A stretch of DNA of 52,934 bases from Candidatus Nomurabacteria bacterium (GCA_026395895.1 JAPLXV010000022.1:1-52934), one strand, 5' to 3'. Shown: positions 29,786 through 40,382, counted from the stretch's first letter. Notes: a model not told the origin generated them from the sequence alone. Numbers and translations are program-made.

Positions 29786-30486
29786 TGGAAATTTTAGCTA
29801 ATTTAGATAAAGACAATTTGCATCATGCATATTTGATAGAAGGTGCACAAGAAGAAATTGTACCAGAAATTTTTAAGTTTATAGAAAGTTTAGGAATTAA
29901 AACTTCTGGCAATCCTGATTTTTGTCATATGTCTTTTGATTCTTTTAAGATGGATGATGCTCGCGATTTGAAATCTGTAGAATATGAAAAAGGATTTGGG
30001 ATAGGGAAGAAAATATTCTTGATTTCTGCTAATAATATTTTATTAGAAGCGCAAAATACCTTACTTAAAATATTTGAAGAACCGATAGAAAATACACATT
30101 TTTTTATTATTGTGCCGAATACGGATACTCTTTTGAAAACTCTTGTTTCCAGATTTTATCTGATTAAAACAAAACCAGAATTGGCAGAAGAATTAAAAAA
30201 TGCAGAAAAATTTATTATGATGTCTACCAAGAACAGAATTGATTTTATTAAAGAAATGCTTGTGGAAGGAGAAGAAGATGGTGAAATTGTTTCTATTAAT
30301 TCTTCCAGATCTAAAGCTCTGAAATTTTTAAATGCACTAGAAATTGTTTTGCATAAAAAATTTCTAAAAAATTCTTTGCAAGCTTGCTTTGCGCAGATTT
30401 TCAAAGTTCGTGAGTTTTTGAGTCAACCTGGTTCATCCGCAAAAAACTTGATGGAATCAATAGCCTTGATTGTGCCGAGTTTTTAA
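29785..30486 (+). CDS. holB: DNA polymerase III delta'-like subunit
   Basis: HHAYLI.G, NPD, AQN.LLK.FEEP, TL.SR. Confidence 0.75.
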   Translation: MEILANLDKDNLHHAYLIEGAQEEIVPEIFKFIESLGIKTSGNPDFCHMSFDSFKMDDARDLKSVEYEKGFGIGKKIFLISANNILLEAQNTLLKIFEEPIENTHFFIIVPNTDTLLKTLVSRFYLIKTKPELAEELKNAEKFIMMSTKNRIDFIKEMLVEGEEDGEIVSINSSRSKALKFLNALEIVLHKKFLKNSLQACFAQIFKVREFLSQPGSSAKNLMESIALIVPSF

Positions 30487-30502
30487 TGCTATAATTCAGT
30501 AT

Positions 30503-31054
30503 ATGCAATATAACTTTTCTAATTTTAAAATAGAAATTAACAAAATAGCTGAATATTTAAACAAAGAATATAATCAGCTTAACATAGGCCGAGCTTCTCC
30601 TATGATTTTAGATGGTGTTTCCATAGAATCTTATGGAGCGCGCGTGCCGTTAAAAAACGTGGCTTCGGTTTCTATTGAAGATCCTAAAACTTTACGCATC
30701 GCGCCTTGGGATAAAAATCAGATAAAAGATATTGAAAAAGCTATTGTGGCTTCAAATTTGGGATTATCGGTAGCGGTGGATACAGCTGGTATTCGAGTTA
30801 TTTTTCCACAATTAACAACCGAAACAAGACAAACTTTGGTGAAAGTATTAAAAGAAAAATTAGAAGAAAGTCGCATAACTGTCCGCAAAGAACGTGAGCG
30901 AATTTGGGATGAAGTTCAGAAATTAGAAAAAGAAGGTAAAGTGACAGAAGATGAAAGATTTAGAGCTAAAGATGATTTGCAAAAAGTGATAGACGAAATA
31001 AATCAAAAATTAGAAAGTATTTTTGAAAAGAAAGAAAAAGAAATAATGGGCTAA
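30503..31054 (+). CDS. frr: Ribosome recycling factor
   Basis: GRASP..LD, YG..VPL, I.PWD, IRV.FP.LT.E.R; start reassigned. Confidence 0.95.
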   Translation: MQYNFSNFKIEINKIAEYLNKEYNQLNIGRASPMILDGVSIESYGARVPLKNVASVSIEDPKTLRIAPWDKNQIKDIEKAIVASNLGLSVAVDTAGIRVIFPQLTTETRQTLVKVLKEKLEESRITVRKERERIWDEVQKLEKEGKVTEDERFRAKDDLQKVIDEINQKLESIFEKKEKEIMG

Positions 31055-31058
31055 ATTT

Positions 31059-32198
31059 ATGAATATCTTAATTTTTATAATAATTTTATTGGTGTTAGTT
31101 TTAGTCCACGAGTTTGGACATTTTTTTGCAGCAAAAAGATTCGGCATTAGGGTAGATGAATTTGGTTTTGGTTTTCCTCCAAAATTATTTAGTTTTAAGA
31201 AAGGGGAGACAGAGTATAGTTTTAATCTTTTGCCGATTGGAGGATTTGTCAAAATTTTTGGTGAAAATATGGAAGAGGCGGATTTTGTAGAGGTTGGATT
31301 TTTAGATAAAGAAAAAACTGCTGAAAAAACTGAGTTAGCAAAAAGAAGTTTAATAAATAAACCAAAATATCAGCAGGCCATTGTTCTTTTTGCGGGAGTG
31401 CTTGCTAATTTTTTACTGGCTTGGTTTTTATTTTCTGTTGGTTTTATGTCAGGGCTTCCGACTTCGGTTGGAAATGAACCCAAGGGATATTCTGCTACAG
31501 ACGTTCATTTAGTTTTGGTTTCTGTTTTAGCCAATTCACCAGCTGAAATTTCTGGATTGAAGTCCGGAGATAAGATAGTTTCAATCCAAAGTGGTAATGA
31601 TATAGTCCCAGAAATTAACCCTGACACCCTTAAATCTTTCATAATTTCTCATCCAGATAAAGAAATAAATTTTAGTTATTTACGTGGAAAAGATACGACA
31701 ATAAATATCGCACAAGTAATTCCTGTTAAAAAAACTCCTACTGAAAACCCTAGTGTAGGTATAGCTATGGATGAAATAGGAACCGTCAAATTGCCTGTTT
31801 TTAACGCTTTTTGGGAAGGATTAAAACTAGACTGGTCTGTGACAGAAGGCACTGTTTTAGGGCTTTATAAGCTCATTGCAGAGGGTATAGAGGGTAAAGG
31901 AAGCTTTGCCTCAGTTACTGGACCTGTCGGTATGGTGGGTATCGTGGGCAGTGCCTATCAATTTGGTTTTGTATATTTATTGTCTTTTGCAGCTCTGATT
32001 TCAGTGAATTTAGCCATAATAAATCTTATTCCATTTCCAGCTTTAGATGGGGGACGACTGCTCTTTCTTTTGATTGAAAAAATAAAAGGTTCTCACATAA
32101 ATCCAAAATTTGCAAACGCTGCCAACACAATAGGTTTTGCTATTTTAATCATCTTGATGCTTTTTGTCACTTACCACGATGTGATTAAATTGTTTTAA
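31059..32198 (+). CDS. rseP: RIP metalloprotease RseP (M50, PDZ)
   Basis: HEFGH, PIGGFV, AGV.AN, NLIPFPALDGG. Confidence 0.95.
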   Translation: MNILIFIIILLVLVLVHEFGHFFAAKRFGIRVDEFGFGFPPKLFSFKKGETEYSFNLLPIGGFVKIFGENMEEADFVEVGFLDKEKTAEKTELAKRSLINKPKYQQAIVLFAGVLANFLLAWFLFSVGFMSGLPTSVGNEPKGYSATDVHLVLVSVLANSPAEISGLKSGDKIVSIQSGNDIVPEINPDTLKSFIISHPDKEINFSYLRGKDTTINIAQVIPVKKTPTENPSVGIAMDEIGTVKLPVFNAFWEGLKLDWSVTEGTVLGLYKLIAEGIEGKGSFASVTGPVGMVGIVGSAYQFGFVYLLSFAALISVNLAIINLIPFPALDGGRLLFLLIEKIKGSHINPKFANAANTIGFAILIILMLFVTYHDVIKLF

Positions 32199-32208
32199 AA
32201 AAAGAAAT

Positions 32209-33177
32209 ATGACAAAGAAGAAATTAAAAATTGGAATATTGTTTGGGGGAAAATCAGCTGAACATGAGGTGTCTTTGATCTCGGCAAAAAATGTTATTAA
32301 TGCGCTAGATAAAAATAAATATGAGGCATTTCCTATAAAAATAAAAAAAAGTGGGAAATTTAATTTAGACGTTTTTAAAAAAGTAGATGTCATTTTTCCA
32401 GTACTTCATGGTCCTTATGGAGAGGATGGAAGTATGCAAGGATTATTAAAAATATTTAATTTACCTTTTGTCGGACCGAGTGTATTGGGTTCGGCTGTGA
32501 GTATGGACAAAGACATGATGAAGAGACTTTTAAAAGAAGCTGAAATTCCTATTGGTAAATTTATAACTTTGAAAATAGGTGAAAAAATATCTTTTGAAAA
32601 AGTTAAAAAAACTTTAGGCTTGCCGATATTTATTAAACCCGCAAATATGGGTTCGTCAGTAGGAATAAATAAAGTAAAAAATGAAAAAGAATTTAAAGCG
32701 GGAATTAAAGATGCATTTCAATATGACACAAAAATTGTGATTGAAGAATTTATTAACGGAAGGGAAATAGAATGTGGAGTTTTAGGTAATGAACATCCTC
32801 TAGCTTCTGTTCCGGGAGAAATTATTGCTAATCAAGAATTTTATTCTTACAACGCAAAATATATTGACGATGGATATATTATTGAAATACCAGCAAAAAT
32901 CAGTGAAAAAACGACTAAAAAGATTAAAGAATTAGCTGTAAGAGTATTTGAAGTTTTAGGTTGTGAAGGAATGGGGCGAGTAGATTTTTTTGTTAAAAAA
33001 AATGGAGAAGTAATTGTGAATGAAATAAACACTATTCCAGGGTTCACTTCTATTAGCATGTATCCAAAATTATGGGAAGCGAGCGGTTTGCCTTTAGCAA
33101 AACTATTAGATAAATTGATTAATCTTGCAATAGAGAGATTTAAAAAAGAGCAGAAATTAAAAACTACTGTTGAATAG
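32209..33177 (+). CDS. ddl: D-alanine--D-alanine ligase
   Basis: GGKSAEHEVS, LHGPYGEDG, GSSVG, EINTIPGFT. Confidence 0.96.
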   Translation: MTKKKLKIGILFGGKSAEHEVSLISAKNVINALDKNKYEAFPIKIKKSGKFNLDVFKKVDVIFPVLHGPYGEDGSMQGLLKIFNLPFVGPSVLGSAVSMDKDMMKRLLKEAEIPIGKFITLKIGEKISFEKVKKTLGLPIFIKPANMGSSVGINKVKNEKEFKAGIKDAFQYDTKIVIEEFINGREIECGVLGNEHPLASVPGEIIANQEFYSYNAKYIDDGYIIEIPAKISEKTTKKIKELAVRVFEVLGCEGMGRVDFFVKKNGEVIVNEINTIPGFTSISMYPKLWEASGLPLAKLLDKLINLAIERFKKEQKLKTTVE

Positions 33178-33184
33178 AATTAAT

Positions 33185-34318
33185 ATGAAAAATTCACCTC
33201 TTGCTTATATTGAATTATCAAAGAAAAATTTGATACATAATATCAGACAGTTTAAAACTTTGGCTAAAAAGGGAACTAAAATCGCAGTTGCTCTAAAGGG
33301 GAATGCTTATGGTCATGGACAGAATGAAGTGACAAAGATTTTGGAATCTTATGTAGATTATTTTCAAATAAATAGCGCAGAAGAATTGAGAGTACTTAGG
33401 AAAATAAGTAAGAAAAAAACATTCGTTTTGGGCTACGTACAAAAAGCGGATTTAAAAGAAGCTATTAAACTCGGTTGTATTTTATCAGTTTTTTCTATTG
33501 AAGAATTAAAAAATGTAAATAAAATTGCTAAACAACTAAAAACAAAACAAGAAATACACGTGCCAATAGATGCTTATTTAGGTAGAGAAGGATTTTTAGA
33601 GAAAGAATTGCCAAAGTTTTTTGAAGAATTGAAAAAATGTAAAAATGTAAAACTTACCGGAATTTATGCGCATTTTGCAAACATAGAAGATACAACTAGT
33701 TTTGCTCATGCCCAGAGACAAATTGATAAATATACTCAAGCAATAAAATTAGCGGGAAAGTTTGGTTTCAAAAATTTGCAGACTCATATTTCAGCTACTT
33801 CTGGACTTTTAGTTTATGAAAAAGATAAAGGAATAAATTCTCTTGTGCGTTTAGGTATTGGTGTTTATGGAATGTGGCCATCGGAACACATAAAATATCA
33901 GTATAAAAATAAGTTGGAATTAAAATCAGTACTTTCTTGGAAAACAAAAATTGCTCAAATAAAAACTTTACCGGCTGGAAGTACTATTGGTTATGGATTA
34001 ACTTATATGACTTATGTACCGACTAAGATAGCAATTATACCTCAAGGGTACGCTGATGGTTTAGATAGAGGTTTATCTAATAAAGGAGAAGTTTTAATCA
34101 AAGGTACACGATGCAAAATTTTAGGCAGGGTAGCCATGAATATGTTTGTGGTAAATATTAGCCATTTAAAAAATGTTAAAGCTGAAGACGAAGTTGTAAT
34201 TATCGGTTCTCAAGGTAAGGAACAAATTAGTGCTGAAGAAATAGCAGAAAAAATAGATACTATAAATTATGAAGTGACTACTCGGATTAGTTCGTTATTA
34301 CCAAAGATCATTAAATAA
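33185..34318 (+). CDS. alr: Alanine racemase
   Basis: ALKGNAYGHG PLP-Lys motif, HFA, GYG, GYADG, GRVAM. Confidence 0.95.
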   Translation: MKNSPLAYIELSKKNLIHNIRQFKTLAKKGTKIAVALKGNAYGHGQNEVTKILESYVDYFQINSAEELRVLRKISKKKTFVLGYVQKADLKEAIKLGCILSVFSIEELKNVNKIAKQLKTKQEIHVPIDAYLGREGFLEKELPKFFEELKKCKNVKLTGIYAHFANIEDTTSFAHAQRQIDKYTQAIKLAGKFGFKNLQTHISATSGLLVYEKDKGINSLVRLGIGVYGMWPSEHIKYQYKNKLELKSVLSWKTKIAQIKTLPAGSTIGYGLTYMTYVPTKIAIIPQGYADGLDRGLSNKGEVLIKGTRCKILGRVAMNMFVVNISHLKNVKAEDEVVIIGSQGKEQISAEEIAEKIDTINYEVTTRISSLLPKIIK

Positions 34319-34320
34319 AA

Positions 34321-34356
34321 GCCCTGCCCCGTACCGAACTCGTTCTGGTTCGGGGT
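34321..34356. repeat. Intergenic palindrome, ccccgta family (inverted copy)
   Basis: ccctgccccgta is the exact reverse complement of the tacggggcaggg end of the 12351-12386 element. Confidence 0.7.
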
Positions 34357-34391
34357 TGCAATTTAAAGGATTTTATATTATTCTATATATT

Positions 34392-34550
34392 ATGTCACAA
34401 GAAAGACTTATAAAACTTGCATGCGGGACTTGTAAGAGAATCAATTACTGGTCTAGTAAAAATAAGAAACTCGTTACTAAAAAAATCGAGCTAAAAAAGT
34501 ATTGTAAATGGTGCAGAAAGCAGACTAAGCATAAGGAAATTAAGAAATAA
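34392..34550 (+). CDS. rpmG: 50S ribosomal protein bL33
   Basis: CGTC..NY..KNK, ELKKYCKWCRK.T.HKE. Confidence 0.95.
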   Translation: MSQERLIKLACGTCKRINYWSSKNKKLVTKKIELKKYCKWCRKQTKHKEIKK

Positions 34551-34614
34551 TTTCAATTTTATGTTTAGTCTGATATACTTAAAACTGCAATATAAATTGC
34601 ATGTTTTTTGTTAA

Positions 34615-34685
34615 GGGCGATTAGTTAAGTGGCATAACTTCGGTCTCCAAAACCGATGTCGGGAGTTCGATTCTCTCATCGCCCG
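34615..34685 (+). tRNA. tRNA-Trp(CCA)
   Basis: Acceptor gggcgat/atcgccc, anticodon arm tcggt-ctCCAaa-accga, gttcgatt T loop. Confidence 0.93.
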
Positions 34686-34687
34686 CT

Positions 34688-35560
34688 ATGAGTATAGAAT
34701 CAAAGGAAATAATATCTAAGAGTATGGAAAATACAAATCTAAACAAAAAATTAGAAACTGTTTCTCATGTAAATAAAAAAAATAATTCTATTGAATCAGC
34801 TATAGAAAATATGGATCAAAAACAAAGAGAATCTGATTTGTATATTGGACTACCAAAACTCGCAAGGAAATATAATTTATACAGTAGAATTGATAAATAT
34901 GTAATAGGGCATGAACGTAGCCTCGGTTTTTATAAAATTTTTCCACTAGGAGCAAATGCAATTAAGTCTGTTTTAAAAGATAAAAATTACCCTCATTATT
35001 ATAATGAATTACAAAGTGTTCTTAAAAATAAGTTTGGAGATTATATTACTGTCAAAAGAATATCTGGATATCAAAGTGATGGAAGTGGAGTTAACCTTAA
35101 AAATGAAGAAAAAATTATTTCTGTGTCATTTTTGAGTAATTGGGGCAAAGATAATGAAAAAACTCAAGCGTATGTAATACCAACTGAAGATGTTGTTCTT
35201 GGTGGTGCTGAATGGGAATATGAACTTCTAGTGAGGACAAAAAATATAGTAAATGTAACAGATCAAAAAAAGAGAACAGAGATTCAACAGGAGGATTATA
35301 AAACACTTGCTGATTTTAAGAAAAAATTTAGTCCAGATGATATAAATACATTTCCTACTAAAGAATATGGCTTTATTCCTGAAAGAGTTGCTGATGTGGT
35401 ATATGAAAATTATAGAATAAGAAAAGGACCGATGGTGCCATTAAAACCTCTTGGATTAATAAAAAAATTAGGAGGTTTCTCTACGGAAGAACTTGGATAC
35501 TATAGAAATTGGCGACAATTTGCATCTGAAATCAGAGAAGATAGTGAATTTAAAGAGTAA
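34688..35560 (+). CDS. Hypothetical protein
   Basis: 290-aa open frame, no recognisable motif. Confidence 0.7.
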   Translation: MSIESKEIISKSMENTNLNKKLETVSHVNKKNNSIESAIENMDQKQRESDLYIGLPKLARKYNLYSRIDKYVIGHERSLGFYKIFPLGANAIKSVLKDKNYPHYYNELQSVLKNKFGDYITVKRISGYQSDGSGVNLKNEEKIISVSFLSNWGKDNEKTQAYVIPTEDVVLGGAEWEYELLVRTKNIVNVTDQKKRTEIQQEDYKTLADFKKKFSPDDINTFPTKEYGFIPERVADVVYENYRIRKGPMVPLKPLGLIKKLGGFSTEELGYYRNWRQFASEIREDSEFKE

Positions 35561-36413
35561 TTTTATTTGCATTAAACCACTTTATTTCTTTATCTCTTTT
35601 GAACCAAGTCATTTGGCGTTTGGTGTATTTTATGGTTTCTTTCACCACTTTTTCATAAGTAGGGGAATTGTATTCGAAACCAAACTCTTTTAGTCTTTTT
35701 TCTGAAACCCCACTTTTTTTTAATTTTTTTATTTCATTTAACAAACCATCATTGAACATTTTTTTGACTCTTTTTTCTACTTTCTTTTTTAATTCGTCAG
35801 GTGGAAGATATAAACCAATTTTTATAAAATTACATAGTGACACACTTTCTGCCATGACAGAGTTTGTGTCACTATGTAATTTGGGAACCTTGCCAAGGGT
35901 TTTGGCTATTTCTATAGCTCTGATTAATCTGACTTTATTATTTATTTCATTTTTATTTTTTATATCTTTTGCGCGTCTAGGGTCTAATTTTTTCAAATAC
36001 TCAAATAATGCTATCGCTGATTTTGAGTATAGAGACTTACGGAGTTTTGCATTTGGTGGAACTTCTGGGAAAACCGTTCCTTTAGTAATGGCATCAATAT
36101 AAAATCCCGTGCCTCCACAAATAATCGGAACCTTACTCCTTTTTATAATCTCAGCTATAGCGTAGATTGCTTTTTTTTGATATTCGGCTACAGTAAATTT
36201 TTTCTTTGGACTTACAACATCTATTAAATGATGAGGAATGCCCTTCATTTCTTTTTTACTAATCTTGCCTGTTCCAATATTTAATCCTTTATAAACCTGT
36301 CTGGAATCGGCAGAAATAATTTCACCATTAATTTTTTTAGCGATTTTAACAGCCAAACTGCTTTTACCAGTAGCTGTAGAGCCCAGTATTACTAGCATTT
36401 TTTTTCTTAACAT
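35550..36413 (-). CDS. miaA: tRNA dimethylallyltransferase
   Basis: G.TATGKS, SADSRQVY, GGTGFY, RLIRAIE, KRQMTWF. Confidence 0.95.
   Translation of the reverse strand: MLRKKMLVILGSTATGKSSLAVKIAKKINGEIISADSRQVYKGLNIGTGKISKKEMKGIPHHLIDVVSPKKKFTVAEYQKKAIYAIAEIIKRSKVPIICGGTGFYIDAITKGTVFPEVPPNAKLRKSLYSKSAIALFEYLKKLDPRRAKDIKNKNEINNKVRLIRAIEIAKTLGKVPKLHSDTNSVMAESVSLCNFIKIGLYLPPDELKKKVEKRVKKMFNDGLLNEIKKLKKSGVSEKRLKEFGFEYNSPTYEKVVKETIKYTKRQMTWFKRDKEIKWFNANKITL
35827..35882. repeat. In-frame hairpin element in miaA
   Basis: Perfect 18-bp IR aaattacatagtgacaca / tgtgtcactatgtaattt; encodes KLHSDTNSVMAESVSLCNF. Confidence 0.85.
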
Positions 36414-36417
36414 AAAT

Positions 36418-37749
36418 TTACTTTAAGATTTTAATATCCGCCCCGATGGAATTCAGGCGTTTAGCTATTTCTTCATAACCGCGATTTATCATATAAACAT
36501 TTCGTAAAATAGATGTGCCTTCAGCTGCGAGCATGGAAATTAATATAACCATAGAAGGACGAAGCGCTGGAGGACAAACAACTTGAGCTGGTTTTAATTT
36601 AGTTCCACCTTGAATATAAAGACGATGAGGATCAGCTAATGTTATATTCGCCCCAAGACGATTTAATTCTGTCATATATATGGCACGATTATCATAAACC
36701 CAATCATGAATCATTGTTTGGCCTTTAGCTTTTATAGCGATCGGCACAAAAAATGGCAAATTATCTATGTTGATTCCCGGATATGGATTAGAATGAATTT
36801 TGTCAGCTAAGGCTTTTAATTTGCTCGGAAAAATTTTAATATCTGCCAATTTAGTGCGTTTATTATAAGAAAAATATTTTTTCAGAATTTTATACTTTAA
36901 ATTCATACGATTCAAGTTTTCGAGCTCTAAAGAAAGAAAATCTATCGGACAACGAGTGATAGTGAGTTTTGAATCAGTCACAATACAAGCGGAAATAAAC
37001 ATCATAGATTCAATTGGATCTTCACTATTCCAATATTCTACATTTTTATTTATTTCTTTTATGCCATGAACGGTCAAAGTAGAAGTACCAATGCCATCTA
37101 TTTTTACGCCCAATTTTTCTAAAAAGAAACAGATTTCTTGAACCATGTAATTTGCACTGGCAAAAGAAACAATAGTTTTACCCGGAATTAAAGCAGCGGC
37201 AGTAAGCACATTTTCACAAGCAGTATCTCCGGATTCATACATTACAATTTCTGCCGGTTTTAATTTTTTAGTGCTTATTTGATAACTTGCATTTGTCGTT
37301 TTTATTTTTATTCCAAGATCCTCCAGCGCGTAAGTATGAGCAGCGATGGTGCGTTTACCTAAACTGCAGCCTTGCGCATGAGGAAGAGAAAAAGATTGCA
37401 AATAATGAATCATTGGACCGATTAACATGACAATAGAACGTGTTTTGACAGCTGACTGAACATTAATATTTTCTAACTTAAATTTTTTAGGTGGAATAAT
37501 TTGAACGGAATTTTGACCAAGCCATTTTGCTTGTACTCCAATACTTTCAAGAATTTCTATTACTCGATAAACTTCTTCTATCCGTGCAATACCATGGAGA
37601 GTTGTTGCCCCTTTATTTAAAAGGGAAGCGCAAAGGAGCCCAACAGAACCATTTTTGGAAAAATTTGTTGTAATTTTACCGTGAAGTTTCTTACCTCCGT
37701 TTACTTTAAAATCTATTAATGTATTGTCTGTTTTTTTATTTTTTTTCAT
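36418..37749 (-). CDS. murA: UDP-N-acetylglucosamine 1-carboxyvinyltransferase
   Basis: SKN, GC.LGKR (active-site Cys), D.IE, PYPG..D, RGYE; start moved to MKKNKK because the longer ORF runs through tRNA-Leu. Confidence 0.92.
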   Translation of the reverse strand: MKKNKKTDNTLIDFKVNGGKKLHGKITTNFSKNGSVGLLCASLLNKGATTLHGIARIEEVYRVIEILESIGVQAKWLGQNSVQIIPPKKFKLENINVQSAVKTRSIVMLIGPMIHYLQSFSLPHAQGCSLGKRTIAAHTYALEDLGIKIKTTNASYQISTKKLKPAEIVMYESGDTACENVLTAAALIPGKTIVSFASANYMVQEICFFLEKLGVKIDGIGTSTLTVHGIKEINKNVEYWNSEDPIESMMFISACIVTDSKLTITRCPIDFLSLELENLNRMNLKYKILKKYFSYNKRTKLADIKIFPSKLKALADKIHSNPYPGINIDNLPFFVPIAIKAKGQTMIHDWVYDNRAIYMTELNRLGANITLADPHRLYIQGGTKLKPAQVVCPPALRPSMVILISMLAAEGTSILRNVYMINRGYEEIAKRLNSIGADIKILK

Positions 37750-37754
37750 ATAAG

Positions 37755-37838
37755 TGCCCAGGGAGAGAATCGAACTCTCATGATGTTGCCACCAATAGAT
37801 TTTGAGTCTATCGCGTCTACCAATTCCGCCACCTGGGC
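37755..37838 (-). tRNA. tRNA-Leu(CAA)
   Basis: Reverse complement gcccagg...ataga-ctCAAaa-tctat, long variable arm, gttcgatt, cctgggc-a. Confidence 0.94.
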
Positions 37839-37926
37839 GTTTGTTAATTAGTAATTCACACATTTTACACAAAAAACGCTATAAAATCAATTATTAAAAA
37901 TAAAACCTTTGTGCTAAAATGAATGC

Positions 37927-38919
37927 ATGTCTACTTTATATTCCAACTCAATTTTTTGGATTGACACAGATAAAATTAAACCCAATCCATATCAACCAAG
38001 ACGAGACTTTGATGAAGCTCGTTTGCAAGATTTAGCCGACTCTATTAAGCAATATGGAGTACTTCAACCACTGACAGTTTCTCGAGTGGAGGTAGAAAAA
38101 GAAGACGGAGGTCTTACTACAGAGTATGAACTTATTGCCGGAGAGCGCAGACTTCGTGCAGCCATTTTAGCTGGAGTATCTCAAGTGCCGGTTATCATTC
38201 GTACTGGAGATACTTCTATGATGAAATTGGAATTGGCTATTATAGAAACTTTACAAAGAGAAGATTTAAATTCTGTCGACCGTGCGCGCGCTTTTTTTCG
38301 TTTGGCAAATGAATTTAAATTTACTCATACTGAAATTGCAAAAAAAGTAGGCAGAAGTAGGGAATATGTTTCAAATACTTTGCGTATTTTATCTTTACCG
38401 GAAGAAATATTGAATGCTTTAGCCGAAGGAAAAATAACCGAAGGTCATACCAGGCCATTGCTGATGTTGGTAGATCATCCAGAAGAACAAAATGTTTTGT
38501 TTAAAGAAATTCTATACAAAAAAATAACTGTTCGCGAAGCAGAAAGATTAGCTAGAAAAATAGCAACTGATCGTGTACGTAAAAAAGAATATGTGCCAGA
38601 TCCAGAAATAATAGAACTAGAAGGAGAATTTCAAGATAAATTAGGTACTCGTGTGCATATAAATAGAAGTGAACTAGGCGGACAGATTAAAATAGATTTT
38701 TTTTCGGTTGAAGATTTACGTACAATTTTAGATTCGATAAATAAATCAGAAATAGAAAAGAAACCTGGAGAAATGTTAGAAAATTATATTGCTAAAAATA
38801 CTGAAAATTCTGACATTGGGCTTACGACACCCGAAGAAGTTCCTATGGATGACAGAACAAAAGATGAAATAAAAGAGGATGATACTAAACTTTATGATAT
38901 TTCTAATTTTAGTATTTAA
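37927..38919 (+). CDS. parB: ParB/Spo0J partition protein
   Basis: PNPYQPR..F, G.LQP, IAGERR.RA, HTH, GH.R.LL. Confidence 0.94.
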   Translation: MSTLYSNSIFWIDTDKIKPNPYQPRRDFDEARLQDLADSIKQYGVLQPLTVSRVEVEKEDGGLTTEYELIAGERRLRAAILAGVSQVPVIIRTGDTSMMKLELAIIETLQREDLNSVDRARAFFRLANEFKFTHTEIAKKVGRSREYVSNTLRILSLPEEILNALAEGKITEGHTRPLLMLVDHPEEQNVLFKEILYKKITVREAERLARKIATDRVRKKEYVPDPEIIELEGEFQDKLGTRVHINRSELGGQIKIDFFSVEDLRTILDSINKSEIEKKPGEMLENYIAKNTENSDIGLTTPEEVPMDDRTKDEIKEDDTKLYDISNFSI

Positions 38920-40382
38920 GAACGACCAAAAGATTTTAATTTAGAAAGTAGGCTATTTTTTTCTAGATAGGATCTTATATCTTTTTTGGCGTGATTTGTT
39001 TTGGCATATTCAAGCCACTTAGAAGAAGGATGAGCATCTTTCTTAATTATTATCTCTACGATATCTCCATTTTTTAATGTTGAAAGAATTGGGGCTATTT
39101 TACCGTTTACTTTTGCTCCAGCAGTATGGCTACCAATATCTGTATGTATAGAATAAGCAAAGTCTATTGGGCTAGAATCTTCTGGTAAATCTATGACATC
39201 TCCTTTGGGAGTAAAAATAAAAATACGGTCATTAAAAAAGTCAGTTTTTAAATGTTCTAAATATTTTTGGGGTTCGCTTAATTCATAATTAAAATCTTTT
39301 AATTCTTGGATCCATTTGAAATTAGATTTTTCATCAGAGCCTATTTTTTGTTTTTTCTCTTTATAAGCAAAATGAGCAGCGATACCATAAGCTGCCTCTT
39401 CGTGCATTTTTTTTGTTCTTACTTGAATTTCGGCTACTCCACCTGAACCAGTAAAAATAGTAGTATGGATAGAACGATAACCATTAGGTTTAGGAACAGC
39501 AATATAATCTTTTATTCTACCAGGTAAAGGTTTCCAAATAGAATGAATTATTCCTAAAACTCTATAACAATCTTCTATATTTTCTACCACAATACGAAGT
39601 GCAATTATGTCATGCACTTTCTCTATATCCATTTCACGTTTTAAAAGTTTTTTCCACAGACTATACTTGTGTTTCATTCTGTAATCTATTTCAATCACTT
39701 TGACATTATTCTTTTTTAATTCTTTTTCAAGTTCTCTATGTATTTCTTCTAGATTTTTTTCATATAAATCTTTTTCTTCCTTAATTATTTCTTCTGTCTG
39801 TTTATATTCTTTAGGATAAGCAAAAGGAAAAGCAGCATCTTCTATTTCACCTTTAAGTTTTCCCATTCCTAAACGATTAGCCAGAGGAGCATAAACCTCT
39901 ATTGATTCCGTAGCTATTCTTTTTTGTTTTTCTTCCGGTAAAAACTGAAGGGTATGTAAATTATGTAATCTATCAGCAAATTTTATAATGACTACACGCA
40001 AATCATTAGTTATGGCTACGAAAAATTTTCTCAAGCTTTCTACGTGTCGTTCATGTCCATGATATTTTAATTTTCCTAATTTAGTCACACCATTTACCAA
40101 AAAAACAATCTTTTCTCCAAATTCTTTTTTCATTTCTTCTTCTGTAATTTTGGTATCTTCAAGTACATCGTGCAAAAGCCCAGCCACAATTGTTTGAATA
40201 TCCATTCCTAACCTAGCTAAAGTTTTTGCAGTTTCAAAAACGTGAGTGAAGTATAGTTCTCCACTTAATCTTTTTTGTCCTTGATGGGCATGTTCGGCAA
40301 AATCATAAGCCTTTTTTATAAGCTCTTCATCTTTTTTGTTTAAGCCTTCTATTAGATCTGTTATTTCTTTCACATTTGCCAT
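38916..40382 (-). CDS. RelA/SpoT homolog (HD + synthetase + TGS, no ZFD/ACT)
   Basis: AH.GQ.R.SGE.Y, LHDVLED, ADRLHN, KDYIAVPKPNGYRSIHT, EIQVRT, TGS (FTPKG...DFAY.IHT). Confidence 0.93.
   Translation of the reverse strand: MANVKEITDLIEGLNKKDEELIKKAYDFAEHAHQGQKRLSGELYFTHVFETAKTLARLGMDIQTIVAGLLHDVLEDTKITEEEMKKEFGEKIVFLVNGVTKLGKLKYHGHERHVESLRKFFVAITNDLRVVIIKFADRLHNLHTLQFLPEEKQKRIATESIEVYAPLANRLGMGKLKGEIEDAAFPFAYPKEYKQTEEIIKEEKDLYEKNLEEIHRELEKELKKNNVKVIEIDYRMKHKYSLWKKLLKREMDIEKVHDIIALRIVVENIEDCYRVLGIIHSIWKPLPGRIKDYIAVPKPNGYRSIHTTIFTGSGGVAEIQVRTKKMHEEAAYGIAAHFAYKEKKQKIGSDEKSNFKWIQELKDFNYELSEPQKYLEHLKTDFFNDRIFIFTPKGDVIDLPEDSSPIDFAYSIHTDIGSHTAGAKVNGKIAPILSTLKNGDIVEIIIKKDAHPSSKWLEYAKTNHAKKDIRSYLEKNSLLSKLKSFGRS

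Noticed and set aside
37750-37872. N-terminal 41 aa of the listed 484-aa murA ORF
   Set aside because: It runs through tRNA-Leu; MurA similarity begins after MKKNKK at 37749.
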